64,000 nucleotides of DNA from Candidatus Krumholzibacteriota bacterium (GCA_963764625.1 CAVXTH010000009.1:896001-960000), one strand, 5' to 3'; shown: positions 1 to 9,906, counted from the stretch's first letter. The notes: a model not told the origin generated them from the sequence alone. Numbers and translations: made by a program.

Positions 1-1092
1 GACCCCGCCACCGATCTGGCGGTGATCAAGGTCGAGGTGGATCACGAACTCAAGTTCTTGCGTTTCGGGGACAGTGAGGGAATTCGCGTGGGCGACTGGG
101 CCATCGCCATCGGCAATCCCCTGGGTGAGTTGGAAGGGAGCCTGACGGTAGGGGTCATCAGCGCCAAGGGCCGCGCCAACCTGGCGATCCAGGGCGCGGA
201 TCTCCTACGCTACCAGAACTTCCTGCAGACCGACGCTGCCATCAATCCGGGGAATAGTGGCGGACCCTTGGTGGATATCCGCGGCGACGTCATCGGCGTG
301 AACACCGCCATCAATCGGGCCGGACAGGGGATCGGCTTCGCGATCCCCGCGCGTTTGACGAGCTATGTTTACAACCAGATCCGCAACTTCGGGCGCGTGC
401 GGCGTGGATATCTGGGAATCACCATGGCGGAAATCGACAACATGCGTGAGCAGGGACACCAGATCCCGGTGGATCAAGGAGTGGTAATCACTGCCGTCTT
501 GCCCAATACCCCGAGCGCGCGGGCCGGGCTGAAGACCGGAGATATTCTCACCGAGTTCAACGGAGAAGCGGTGGAGCACATTCCCACGCTGCGATTCAAG
601 GTGGCCGAATCCGAAGTGGGTTCCACCGCTCACCTGCGCGTGATCCGGGATGGCAAGCCACTCAACTTCGATGTGGTTCTGGACGAATACGACGAAACGG
701 CTGCGCTCGCGGCGGCGGGGGAGAACTCGCAGGAGGCACAGCCCTGGCTCGGATTCTCGGCGGCTCCTCTGAACAGTCCCGACCCGCAGGTCCAGAGCCT
801 CAAGGACGAGTTCGGGCTGGAAGGCGAGGATAAAATCGTGGTGGTGCGGGTGTGGGCCGACAGTCCCGCCGACAGGGCCAGATTGCGCCCCGGTGATCTG
901 ATCGTCGAGTTCGACGGGGTTTCCCTGGAAGGAAATCTCGATTCCTACGCCGTCTTTCAAACCCAATTGCAGATCCGCCAGCAAGCCCAGGATGAGAGCC
1001 CCATTCGACTTCTGGTTCGCCGTGGCGACATGAACAGTTACATCGAGCTCGACCCGAAGCCCTCGAAGGAGGAGACTGAGGATCGACCCTGA
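1..1092 (+). CDS. degP: DegP/HtrA (Do family) serine protease with two PDZ domains, 5' truncated by window edge
   Basis: Frame open from base 1 (DPATDLAVIK); LQTDAAINPGNSGGPL catalytic Ser motif; RGYLGI and PWLG PDZ starts. Confidence 0.92.
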   Translation, partial: DPATDLAVIKVEVDHELKFLRFGDSEGIRVGDWAIAIGNPLGELEGSLTVGVISAKGRANLAIQGADLLRYQNFLQTDAAINPGNSGGPLVDIRGDVIGVNTAINRAGQGIGFAIPARLTSYVYNQIRNFGRVRRGYLGITMAEIDNMREQGHQIPVDQGVVITAVLPNTPSARAGLKTGDILTEFNGEAVEHIPTLRFKVAESEVGSTAHLRVIRDGKPLNFDVVLDEYDETAALAAAGENSQEAQPWLGFSAAPLNSPDPQVQSLKDEFGLEGEDKIVVVRVWADSPADRARLRPGDLIVEFDGVSLEGNLDSYAVFQTQLQIRQQAQDESPIRLLVRRGDMNSYIELDPKPSKEETEDRP

Positions 1093-1141
1093 AGGAAGAT
1101 GCTTGCGGCGCTCCATCTCGCCGGAAGGAGCGCTGCGGTGA

Positions 1142-1166
1142 GGGCGGGCTTGCCACCGCCTGTTTT
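1142..1166 (+). terminator. Possible intrinsic terminator after degP
   Basis: GGCGG-gcttgcca-CCGCC stem-loop followed by TGTTTT. Confidence 0.45.
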
Positions 1167-1240
1167 GGAGAAGGGGAGGTGAACTCAACCGATCAGCGAG
1201 CCGGTCGCTGGTATCCGTACCCCAGGTCAGGAACCTTGTC

Positions 1241-2107
1241 ATGATCCGCCATCACGCACGAGGTGGAGGAAGGAACGAACGAAGTCTCGAACAATACCTG
1301 CGCGAGATCGGACGCTATCCGCTTCTCGCTCGAGAGGACGAGATCCGTCTCGCTCGCAGGATTCACCAGGGTGACGAGGAGGCCGTGCACGAGATGGTGC
1401 GCGCCAACCTCCGCTTCGTCGTCACCGTGGCCAAGCAGTACATGAATCAGGGACTCTCGCTGCAGGACCTGATCAACGAGGGCAACCTCGGTCTGATGAA
1501 AGCGGCGCATCGTTTCGACGAGAAGCGCGGCTTCAAATTCATTTCCTACGCCGTGTGGTGGATTCGACAGTCCATCCTCCAGGCGCTATCCGATCAATCC
1601 CGAGTTGTCCGGTTGCCCCAGAATCGCACCGCGGTTCTGCACCGCGTGACCAAGGCGCAAGCCGTCTCCAGCAGGTTCTGGGTAGAGATCCCCGACCCGA
1701 CGAGATCGCGGACGATTGCGGGTACAGTGAACCCGAGGTGCGCGAGGCGCTCTGCGTGGGCCAATCGGAGGCATATCTCGACGATCTACTCTCCGACGAG
1801 GACGGCCGTAGCTACGTCGAGACCCTGGCCGACCGACCCTGAGAGGGGGGCGGAGATTCCGCTCTTGGAGCGGAGCCGCCGCGACGACATCGCGAAGGCC
1901 CTGGAAGTACTCCCCGCGCGCGAGGCGGAGATTCTCCTGCTCTACTACGGAATGGGAGAGGTACGCTCATTGACCTTAGAGGAAATCGGCCAGCGCATGA
2001 GCCTCACCCGCGAGCGAATTCGCCAGCTCAAGGAGCGGGCCCTGCGACGTCTCCGCGAGGCCGACCAGGGGCTCGAAGTGCTGCGAATGCACTACGACGA
2101 GGGCTGA
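1241..2107 (+). CDS. RNA polymerase sigma-70 factor, short RpoD/SigA type without region 1.1; region 3 lies in another frame between two compensating frameshifts (~1657, ~1835)
   Basis: ANLRFVVTVAKQY, DLINEGNLGLMKAAHRFD, FISYAVWWIRQ, TLEEIG..TRERIRQ; ORF 1555..1842 supplies LQQVLGRDPRPDEIA (region 3). Confidence 0.9.
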   Translation: MIRHHARGGGRNERSLEQYLREIGRYPLLAREDEIRLARRIHQGDEEAVHEMVRANLRFVVTVAKQYMNQGLSLQDLINEGNLGLMKAAHRFDEKRGFKFISYAVWWIRQSILQALSDQSRVVRLPQNRTAVLHRVTKAQAVSSRFWVEIPDPTRSRTIAGTVNPRCARRSAWANRRHISTIYSPTRTAVATSRPWPTDPERGAEIPLLERSRRDDIAKALEVLPAREAEILLLYYGMGEVRSLTLEEIGQRMSLTRERIRQLKERALRRLREADQGLEVLRMHYDEG

Positions 2108-2160
2108 GCAGGGGCGGATTGGGACCTCGGGCCCCCGACGAAGCCCGAGACTCCCTATCT

Positions 2161-2176
2161 TGGAACATCTTTTGCA
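2161..2176 (+). promoter_or_regulatory. sigma54-type -24/-12 promoter candidate
   Basis: TGGAACATCTTTTGCA vs consensus TGGCAC-N5-TTGCW, exact spacing. Confidence 0.5.
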
Positions 2177-2203
2177 CTGCGGCGGTGCATGCGAGGGGCC
2201 AGC

Positions 2204-2232
2204 TTGACAAGCCCTGAGGGGCTGCGTAATGT
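2204..2232 (+). promoter_or_regulatory. sigma70-type promoter of M23 peptidase gene
   Basis: TTGACA-17 nt-TAATGT. Confidence 0.65.
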
Positions 2233-2306
2233 AGCGCGGCTCTTTGGACAGTACCCCGAAGGAACCCAGAACCGCCAGCGAGCTCGAGAATACTGATCAC
2301 GAACCC

Positions 2307-3221
2307 ATGAAGAATCGCCACTGGACATTTCTCTACGTTCCGACCGGGGAAGGTGGAGTGCGCACTCTCCGGCTCAGCAAGCGGCTCGCCGCGGCTTTGG
2401 CCGGAGCGCTTCTGCTCCTTTTCCTGATGGTCGCGATGATGGCGGTCGCATTCGTGCGCCAGGGAGTGGCCCTCCACGAAGAAGGACGCCGCACGCGGGA
2501 AATCGGGGCTCTCGAGACCAAGATCACCCAGCTGCAGGAAAAGTCGGCCGGCTACGAGGCGCAGATGAACCGGAATTTCGAGCTGCTCGAGAGGGCCAAA
2601 CTGCTGGCCGGGCTGGGCACCCTCGACAAGACAGTGATCCAGATGGGGGTGGGGGGACCCGGGCCCGCTCCAGATCCTGTGGCCGAGAGCTTGCCTCCCT
2701 TGAGCCGGGAGAGGATGAGCGAGGTCTCCGACCAACTCGACAAGTTGCTCCGCCAGGCCCGGTTCCAAGAGGAGAGCTACCAACAAGTCTTGCGGGTACT
2801 CCAGGATGATCAGCTCGCTCGCGAGGCGACCCCGAGTATTCGTCCCATCCAAATGGGCTACCTCTCGAGCCGCTATGGACGCCGGATCGACCCCTTCACC
2901 GGTCGTCCCGCGTTCCACCGCGGTGTCGATTTTTCAGCCCCCCTGGGCACGCCGGTACATGCCACGGCCGAAGGAGTGGTGGTGCGAGCCTCGCGCCGCG
3001 GCCGCATGGGCAAGATGGTGGAGCTGGACCACGGCAACGGCCTGCACACGCGCTACGGCCACCTGAACGGCTTCACGGTGCACAAGGGACAGCGCATCCA
3101 CCGCGGTGATCTCATCGGTTACGTGGGGAACACCGGGCGCAGTACCGGACCGCACGTTCACTACGAAGTGGTGGAAAACGGCAAGACGGAGAATCCCTTC
3201 CTGTTCATCATTCGCGATTGA
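2307..3221 (+). CDS. M23 family metallopeptidase with N-terminal TM and coiled coil
   Basis: HRGVDF (HxxxD), YGHL, GRSTGPHVHYEV (HxH); ATG at 2307. Confidence 0.92.
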   Translation: MKNRHWTFLYVPTGEGGVRTLRLSKRLAAALAGALLLLFLMVAMMAVAFVRQGVALHEEGRRTREIGALETKITQLQEKSAGYEAQMNRNFELLERAKLLAGLGTLDKTVIQMGVGGPGPAPDPVAESLPPLSRERMSEVSDQLDKLLRQARFQEESYQQVLRVLQDDQLAREATPSIRPIQMGYLSSRYGRRIDPFTGRPAFHRGVDFSAPLGTPVHATAEGVVVRASRRGRMGKMVELDHGNGLHTRYGHLNGFTVHKGQRIHRGDLIGYVGNTGRSTGPHVHYEVVENGKTENPFLFIIRD

Positions 3222-3272
3222 GCGGACGAAGCCAGTCTAGTTCTCTAATTGACTTTAATCCGCGTCTCGACG

Positions 3273-3301
3273 TTGACAGGTTCCGGTCGCGAATCTAGGC
3301 T
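3273..3301 (+). promoter_or_regulatory. sigma70-type promoter of amidase operon
   Basis: TTGACA-17 nt-TAGGCT. Confidence 0.6.
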
Positions 3302-3335
3302 GCCGCCGAGAGGATCCACCCATCCTCGGCAAAGC

Positions 3336-4698
3336 ATGACCAAAAAACGTTCTCTCTTCTTGCTCGCTCTCCTCTGGGGACTGTGCGCGTGGCTCGATGC
3401 CTCTGCGGCGCAGCTTCTGCGCGTGCGCCATTCGAGCACGGCGCAGCGCACCCGGATCGTGCTCGACTTGAGTAAAGAGAGCGGCTATCGCATTCGTCGC
3501 GTGGCGAATCCGGAGAGGATCGTTCTGGAGTTCCCGAGAGGGGCGATGCCGAATTCATCCGCGGTGGCGGTCGACCAAGCTCGCGTGAAGCGGGTCCGCT
3601 TCAATGAACTAGGCAACCGTCTGCAGGTGGTGCTGGACTTGACGGGGCATCTTCCCTTCGAGCATTTCAGCCTCGACGCCTCCGCTGCGAAACCCCCACG
3701 CGTCGTCATCGACGTGACAGACGAGCCCGTCTCCACCCTCGCAGCGAGCCAGCCCGAGACCTCGGGTTTGTCGAGCCCTTCGAGCGCGCAGCTCGTCCGG
3801 GCGGTCGCGCCCTCGCCTCCCCCCGCACTTCATGCCCCGGGTGAGGGTCGTCCCTACGTGATCGTCATCGACCCCGGTCACGGAGGAAAGGACCCGGGCA
3901 CCCGCGGCTGCGGTGTGATTCGCGAGAAGGATCTCGTCTTGAGCATCGCGAAGATCATGGCCGAGGAACTCCGCGCGCGGACGGATTTCAAAGTCGTTCT
4001 GACCCGAGGCGACGACCGCTATGTCGATTTGCACGGAAGAGTGCACATCGCGCGCATGCAGCAGGGAGATCTCTTTCTGAGCATCCACGCGAACAGCGCG
4101 CGTTCTTCGAGCGCGCAGGGCGCGGAAGTCTATTTCCTCTCTCCCCGGGGTGCGACGGACCAGGCGGCCTCGGAGCTCGCGAATCGGGAGAACGCGGCGC
4201 ACATGGTGGGAATGGGAGACGGGGAAGAAGTCGACGACACCATGATGTCGATTCTCATGGATCTGCAGTCTTCGGGGATTCTCAGGCGCAGCGGTCAATT
4301 CGCCGAACTGACTCTGGAGCATCTGGGCGCGGTACCGAGCATGGACATCCGCTTCATCAAGCAGGCGCGTTTCGCGGTCTTGCGCACCCTCTCCATGCCC
4401 TCGATTCTGGTCGAGGTCGGGTATCTGAGCAACCGGAGCGAGGCGAGGCGTCTGCGAAGGCAAGCGACCCAGGCCGAAATCGGACGGGCCATGGCGAACG
4501 CCGTCATCGCGTACTGTGAGCACTACGGTGAGAAAGGGCAGCCCAAGATCGTGCAGTCAGCGCACCCATAAAGTTCGACGGGGTGACACCCTGTGGGACC
4601 TCGCGCGCGTCTACGATACGAGCGTGGTGACGATCCGAGAGCTCAACCATCTCAAGACGAGCAGTCTCCGGGTGGGGCAGGACTTGATCCTCCCTTGA
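3336..4698 (+). CDS. N-acetylmuramoyl-L-alanine amidase (AMIN + Amidase_3 + C-terminal LysM; frameshift ~4560)
   Basis: Signal peptide; IDPGHGGKDPG, LTR, SIHAN, LVEVGYLSN; LysM HKVRRGDTLWDLAR in ORF 4516..4698. Confidence 0.88.
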
Positions 4699-4729
4699 AG
4701 GACGGCTCTCGACTCGAGGCCATGCAGAC

Positions 4730-5653
4730 GTGACCCGTAATCTCAGCGTCAAGATTGTTTGCGTGCTTCTCGCACTGGTTCTATGGGCCCAGGCCGCGGC
4801 ACAACAAGACGTCGAGAAAGTAGTGGAGCTCCCCCTGACTCTCACTGGTCTGCCCGATAGCCTGGCCGTCCGCGCTTCCAAGGCGCCTGAGACGATCTGG
4901 GTCAGATTGCGTGAGTCGAAACTGGAACGCCTCCTCCACGACCTCTTGAAGAAGGGTCGGGGCAGGGTGGACGTCGATCTCTCCGCCGTGAGCGTGGGAG
5001 AATTCCATCACGACATCTCGGTGCGGGAAGTGATCGATGGCGGCACCGCTCTCTCGGTCGAGAGCCCCACCGCGCTCCATCTGCGGATCTACCCCAAGGC
5101 GCAGGCTGAAGTGGGGGTGAGGGTGATCCTCGAGAGTCAGTTGGACGAGGGTCTGATTTTGGCCGGCCGGCCCGAAGTGACCCCCGCGCAGGTGCGGGTG
5201 GAAGGCGCCGCGCCGCTGGTGAGTTCTCTCGATCACGTCAATACACTGCCGCTGAAGATCTCGAAACACCATCGCTCGTTCCGCGAGACCGTCCGCCTGG
5301 CCAGCCCGGATCCCGACCTCGTTTTGCGGCCGGTGGAGGTGGATGTCTCCGTCGGCATCGACGAGATCGTGGACCGCAGCTTCGAGAACATTCCAGCCTC
5401 GGTTCAGAGCGACCAGGTGGATTCCTCGCGCGTATACGTTCAGCCCAAATTCGCCAAAGTGCGGCTGAAAGGTCCGGCGCACGTGCTCGCGGCCATCGGG
5501 CCCAACGACGTTTCCGTGATCTTGCACCTCGGAGGAGGAAAGGGCGGTGTGTATCAGATCGAACCGGAGGTCAAAGTGCCGGACGGCGTCATTTCCACCA
5601 CGGTCGATCCTCCCAGCTTCCAGGTCATCGTCGACGGCGGGGCTGACAAGTGA
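4730..5653 (+). CDS. CdaR/YbbR-like protein
   Basis: N-terminal NLSVKIVCVLLALVLW TM typical of YbbR; repeated PAQVRVEG / KVRLKGP modules. Confidence 0.75.
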   Translation: MTRNLSVKIVCVLLALVLWAQAAAQQDVEKVVELPLTLTGLPDSLAVRASKAPETIWVRLRESKLERLLHDLLKKGRGRVDVDLSAVSVGEFHHDISVREVIDGGTALSVESPTALHLRIYPKAQAEVGVRVILESQLDEGLILAGRPEVTPAQVRVEGAAPLVSSLDHVNTLPLKISKHHRSFRETVRLASPDPDLVLRPVEVDVSVGIDEIVDRSFENIPASVQSDQVDSSRVYVQPKFAKVRLKGPAHVLAAIGPNDVSVILHLGGGKGGVYQIEPEVKVPDGVISTTVDPPSFQVIVDGGADK

Positions 5654-6516
5654 TGAGGCGAATCGGGGAAGGCGGTACCTGGATCCTTTTCGGTCTCGTG
5701 GTCGCCGCGGCGCTCTCCACCTTCTTGCCCTGGCACGATCCGGAACTGCCAGGCTCCCTTCAACTCACGGTGTTGGAGGGCGGCGGCAAGATGAAGACGG
5801 CGCGAGCCGTGAGACCTCTCTGCGAGTACCTCTCCCAGCAATTGCGACGCAGCGTCGTTCCCAAGGTCGTGACCGCTTCCGAACTGCAGGAGGAGCTCGC
5901 CAAGGCTAGGCTGTTTCTTCTGCCGGCGTCGCTGCTGGCCGACTCCAGTCGCTTCAGCATTCTCGCGCGCGCGAAGGGTCCCGGACTCGACGCCGCCTAC
6001 GATCGTCCCTACCTGCTGTTTCCCCGGGGCAAGCGCTGGTTCGAGATGGAAAAGCCCCGACTCATCCTGGGCGACTCCTGGTCGTGGATGGGAGGAAAGG
6101 GAGCAAAGGAGTATCTCGCGGCGCACGGCCATACTCTGGAAGCCGGGTTCTCCGTGGTCGACGCCGGTCACAACGTCTACGACCACGAGGAGGCGATCTG
6201 CGCGGTGGTCCACGGAGCCTACGATCTGGCCGTGGTGCGCGAGAGCGATCTCCGCCTAGCCATCGAGGAAGGCATCATCGATCCGCGGCGCTTCGGGTTC
6301 GGGCCGGCTGGCCCAGCCGGCGGAGGGATCGTCCTGGCTGCGGCTCCCTCGCTGTCACTTTCCGCGCAACGGAGTTTGCGCTCGGCCGCCCTCAATCTCG
6401 ATACTTTTCGTTTCGACAACAAGCACCTGCCCGCCGCGCTTGCCTTGAGCGGGCTGGCGCTCGTGGGCATCGAAGGATTCGTACCCGATCACCCTTTCCC
6501 GAACCTACGTCCTTGA
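5650..6516 (+). CDS. Membrane-anchored substrate-binding-like protein (PhnD/SsuA-like, divergent)
   Basis: N-terminal TM; PLCEYLSQQL and HEEAICAVVHGAYDLAVVRE resemble phosphonate-binding fold motifs. Confidence 0.5.
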   Translation: MMRRIGEGGTWILFGLVVAAALSTFLPWHDPELPGSLQLTVLEGGGKMKTARAVRPLCEYLSQQLRRSVVPKVVTASELQEELAKARLFLLPASLLADSSRFSILARAKGPGLDAAYDRPYLLFPRGKRWFEMEKPRLILGDSWSWMGGKGAKEYLAAHGHTLEAGFSVVDAGHNVYDHEEAICAVVHGAYDLAVVRESDLRLAIEEGIIDPRRFGFGPAGPAGGGIVLAAAPSLSLSAQRSLRSAALNLDTFRFDNKHLPAALALSGLALVGIEGFVPDHPFPNLRP

Positions 6517-6534
6517 GCGAGTCGGCGGGTCATC

Positions 6535-6563
6535 TTGACACCAGTGAGCACCACTTCTACTCT
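6535..6563 (+). promoter_or_regulatory. sigma70-type promoter overlapping the vanZ 5' end, possibly driving aspS
   Basis: TTGACA-17 nt-TACTCT. Confidence 0.5.
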
Positions 6564-6969
6564 CGACTACCGGATCCCGTTTTTCATCTGGATGGCGGTG
6601 ATTCTGTCCGTCTCATCGATTCCCGAGCCGACCCTGCAAAAGGTCGGTTTTTCCGTGAAGGACTATCTGGCCCACGGGGTCGAGTATTCGATTTTGGGTT
6701 TTCTCTCCCTGCGCCTCGTCCGGGCCGAGGGGAAAAAGTTGCCCTGGTCCTGGTTGCTGGTGGTGCTCGTGGCGTTCTGCATGGGAGCGGTCGACGAGAC
6801 CTATCAGCGGCTGATCCCCGGCCGCACTCCCTCCTGGTCGGACTTCGCCGCCGACCTCGTAGGTAGTTTGGCGGGAGCTTGGATCGCCATCGTGTACTAT
6901 GCACTGACCGCGCGGCTGAGGACGCCGAGCGGCGGAACGATCGAAACGGATCGAGGAGTGGATTCATGA
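6535..6969 (+). CDS. VanZ family membrane protein (start uncertain: 6535/6544/6592)
   Basis: WMAVILSVSS, AHGVEYSILG, DETYQRLIPGRTPSWSDFAADLVG. Confidence 0.85.
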   Translation: MTPVSTTSTLDYRIPFFIWMAVILSVSSIPEPTLQKVGFSVKDYLAHGVEYSILGFLSLRLVRAEGKKLPWSWLLVVLVAFCMGAVDETYQRLIPGRTPSWSDFAADLVGSLAGAWIAIVYYALTARLRTPSGGTIETDRGVDS

Positions 6970-8768
6970 AAGGGTTTCGACGCAGCCATAGCTGTGGAGA
7001 ACTGACTCCGGCTCAAGCCGGAAGCGAAGTCACTCTCAATGGTTGGGTGTCCTCACGCCGCGATCACGGGGGCCTCGTGTTCGTGGATCTGAGGGACCGC
7101 TACGGGGTGACACAGGTCGTCTTCGGTCCCCAGGACGAGGAAACGCACGATCGAGCCCAATCTCTCAGGCAGGAAGACGTGGTTGCGGTGAAGGGGACGG
7201 TACGCGCGCGTCCGGCGGACATGGTCAATCCCGACATGCATACCGGAGGCATCGAGATCGCTGCGGAGCAGTTGGTGATTCTGAACCGATGCGAGGTCTT
7301 GCCCTTCCAACCCGAACAAATCGAAGGCGCTGGCGAAGAACTCCTCCTGAAGTATCGCTACCTTCACCTGCGCACTCCCGATATGCAGCGCAACCTGAGA
7401 ATCCGCCACGAAGTCGCCAGAGCGACACGGGAGTTTCTCTCCGACGAGGGTTTCCTGGAAGTCGAGACTCCACTTCTCATTCAGACCACGCCCGAAGGAG
7501 CCCGCGACTATGTCGTTCCCAGCCGGGTTCATCCCGGGAAGTTCTACGCTCTCCCGCAGAGTCCCCAGCTCTACAAACAGACCCTCATGATCAGTGGATT
7601 CGATCGCTATTTCCAACTCGCGCGCTGTCTGCGGGATGAAGATCTGCGCGCGGACCGGCAGCCAGAGCACACGCAGATCGATCTCGAGATGAGCTTCATC
7701 GACGAAGAGGCGATCTACGCGCTGGTGGAAGGACTGATGACCGCGATCGTGGAGCGCGCTCTCGGAAAGGAACTGCAAACTCCGTTTCCGCGGCTGTCCT
7801 TCGACGAGGCGATGGACGCCTATGGCTCGGACAAACCCGACTTGCGATTCGAGCTCCAGCTCGTCGATCTCAGCGAAGAGGCAGCGGCCGGGGAATTCAA
7901 GGTCTTCTCGAGCGTGGTGGCTGAAGGCGGCAGGGTGAAGGCGGTCGTCGCCCCGGGCTTGGCCTCGATCTCCCGCAAGGGGATCGGCGAGTTCGAGGAG
8001 ATCGCCCGCAAATACGGTGCGAGGGGTCTCGCCTACTTGAAGTGGAGCGAGGAAGGCCTCAGCGGTTCGTTCGCCAAGTTCTTCTCCGACGAGGCCCTGC
8101 GGAAGTTGGCGGAGGCCGCTGGCGCGCGACCGGGAGATCTGATCCTCTTGGTGGCCGATGCGCGCATGCGCGCGAATCAGGTCCTGGGGCAGCTGCGCCT
8201 GGAGATCGGGCGGAGGCTCGATCTGCTCAGCGGCGACGAGTTCGAATTCTGCTGGATCCACGATTTCCCCCTCTTCGAGAAAGACGAAGAGCAGGGGGGC
8301 TGGACCGCCATGCATCACATGTTCACCATGCCGCGTGAGCAGGATCTTTCGCGCATCGAGAGCGATCCGGGGAGCGTGTCCGCCAGACTCTACGATCTGG
8401 TTTGCAACGGCGTGGAACTGGGTAGCGGGAGCATTCGAATCCACCAGCGCGAACTCCAAGAACGCGTTCTCGCCGTGTGTGGGATCCAGCCGGAGGAGGC
8501 CGATCGCAAGTTCGGTTGGTTCCTGCGGGCCCTGCAGTACGGCGCGCCCCCACACGGGGGAATTGCGCTCGGGCTCGACCGAATCGTCACCATGCTGGTC
8601 GCCGGAAAGAGCATCCGCGAGGTCATCGCCTTCCCCAAAACCACCATCGCGGTCAATCCTCTGGACGGCGCGCCGTCCGCGATCTCGCCGCGCCAATTGG
8701 TGGAACTGGGCCTGGAACTGACTCTAAATGAAGATAATAGCCACGAAAACGGCACCAATAGTGCTTGA
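6966..8768 (+). CDS. aspS: Aspartate--tRNA ligase
   Basis: RRDHGGLVFVDLRDRYG, TPEGARDY, ALPQSPQLYKQ, RDEDLRADRQPE, PPHGGIALGLDR; ATG at 6966 after GAGGAG. Confidence 0.97.
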   Translation: MKGFRRSHSCGELTPAQAGSEVTLNGWVSSRRDHGGLVFVDLRDRYGVTQVVFGPQDEETHDRAQSLRQEDVVAVKGTVRARPADMVNPDMHTGGIEIAAEQLVILNRCEVLPFQPEQIEGAGEELLLKYRYLHLRTPDMQRNLRIRHEVARATREFLSDEGFLEVETPLLIQTTPEGARDYVVPSRVHPGKFYALPQSPQLYKQTLMISGFDRYFQLARCLRDEDLRADRQPEHTQIDLEMSFIDEEAIYALVEGLMTAIVERALGKELQTPFPRLSFDEAMDAYGSDKPDLRFELQLVDLSEEAAAGEFKVFSSVVAEGGRVKAVVAPGLASISRKGIGEFEEIARKYGARGLAYLKWSEEGLSGSFAKFFSDEALRKLAEAAGARPGDLILLVADARMRANQVLGQLRLEIGRRLDLLSGDEFEFCWIHDFPLFEKDEEQGGWTAMHHMFTMPREQDLSRIESDPGSVSARLYDLVCNGVELGSGSIRIHQRELQERVLAVCGIQPEEADRKFGWFLRALQYGAPPHGGIALGLDRIVTMLVAGKSIREVIAFPKTTIAVNPLDGAPSAISPRQLVELGLELTLNEDNSHENGTNSA

Positions 8769-8792
8769 CACTCTCCAGCCTGAGGTTATGTT
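8765..8792 (+). promoter_or_regulatory. sigma70-type promoter of lipoprotein pair; -35 contains aspS stop codon
   Basis: TTGACA-16 nt-TATGTT. Confidence 0.55.
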
Positions 8793-8901
8793 GGCGAGGA
8801 TATCGTGAAGAACGATCGCCGTCAGGACGCAAGGGGCGTTTTGCCGGGATCCAACGTTTGCGCCCCCGAATTGGGATGGCGCGAGAGGAGGTGCAGCGGG
8901 C

Positions 8902-9180
8902 TTGAAGAACTTCATCAGGCTCGTCACCGTTTGCACGTTCGGTTTGGCGCTCTTCGCCATGGGTTGCTCGAAGAATCAACCCTGTGCAACGGATCCGGCC
9001 CAAATCGAAAGCGCCCGTACGGAGTTGCAAACGGCACAGGGACAGTTGGACTCCGCGAAGGCCCAGCTGGAGACGGAAAAAACAAAGCAAGCAGATCTTC
9101 AGAAGAAGCTCGCCAATCTCTCCGACAAAGGTGAGATGGAAGAGCACCTGAATACTCTCAAGAAGGGCAGCGGCCGCTAG
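8902..9180 (+). CDS. Small coiled-coil lipoprotein
   Basis: RBS GAGGAGGT upstream; lipobox-like AMGC; heptad-rich helix. Confidence 0.7.
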   Translation: MKNFIRLVTVCTFGLALFAMGCSKNQPCATDPAQIESARTELQTAQGQLDSAKAQLETEKTKQADLQKKLANLSDKGEMEEHLNTLKKGSGR

Positions 9181-9198
9181 GCCCCAAGCCGGAAAGGA

Positions 9199-9906
9199 AT
9201 GATCAATATGAAGCAGCAGATCATCCGCCGCGCTGGGCTCTCCCTGGTCGCTGTCGGTCTTCTCGCGCTCACGGCCTGCTCCTCGGGCGTCGATCGTCAA
9301 GTGGATGTCAGCGGGGGCGATTACTACACCCCGGAAGAAGTGCAGAAGCTGAGCAAGGATCAGTACGCTGACTACTGCGCTTCCCTGGATCAACAACTGG
9401 CCACTCTGGGACAGCAATCCGACGAGACGAACAGCCAGATGAAGACGGTCAAGGCTGAAACCGCTTCGCTGGACGGCGACATCAAGAAGCTCGAGAGCGA
9501 GTACGATGCGAAGAAGAAGGACCTCGATGCGGTCCAGAGCGAGATCGATTACTACGAGAATTTACCCAAGTCTTGGACCGTACAGGACGGCGATTTCCTC
9601 TACGGCATCTCCGCCAAGGAAGAGATCTACGCCGATGCTCTGAAGTGGCCGCGGATCTACCGCGCGAACAAGGACAAGATCGAGGATCCCAATCTCATCT
9701 ACCCTGGCTGGGAATTGACCATTCCCCGCGACTGGCCGACCAGCTGGGTGGTACAGCCGGACGAGTATCTGGGCAAGATCGCCTGGTATTGGGAGGTTTA
9801 CAACGATCCCGCGCAGTGGACCAAGCTCTACGAGGCCAACAAGGACCAGATCAGCGATCCTGACATCATCTGGCCCGGTTGGAATCTGCGGATTCCCCGC
9901 GACTAG
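9199..9906 (+). CDS. Lipoprotein with coiled coil and two C-terminal LysM domains
   Basis: LTAC lipobox; WTVQDGDFLYGI..WPRIYRANKDKIEDPNLIYPG and WVVQPDEYLGKI..WTKLYEANKDQISDPDIIWPG. Confidence 0.88.
   Translation: MINMKQQIIRRAGLSLVAVGLLALTACSSGVDRQVDVSGGDYYTPEEVQKLSKDQYADYCASLDQQLATLGQQSDETNSQMKTVKAETASLDGDIKKLESEYDAKKKDLDAVQSEIDYYENLPKSWTVQDGDFLYGISAKEEIYADALKWPRIYRANKDKIEDPNLIYPGWELTIPRDWPTSWVVQPDEYLGKIAWYWEVYNDPAQWTKLYEANKDQISDPDIIWPGWNLRIPRD

Noticed and set aside
6535-6969. Glycopeptide resistance cluster
   Set aside because: Lone VanZ-family gene without vanHAX/vanRS; common housekeeping context
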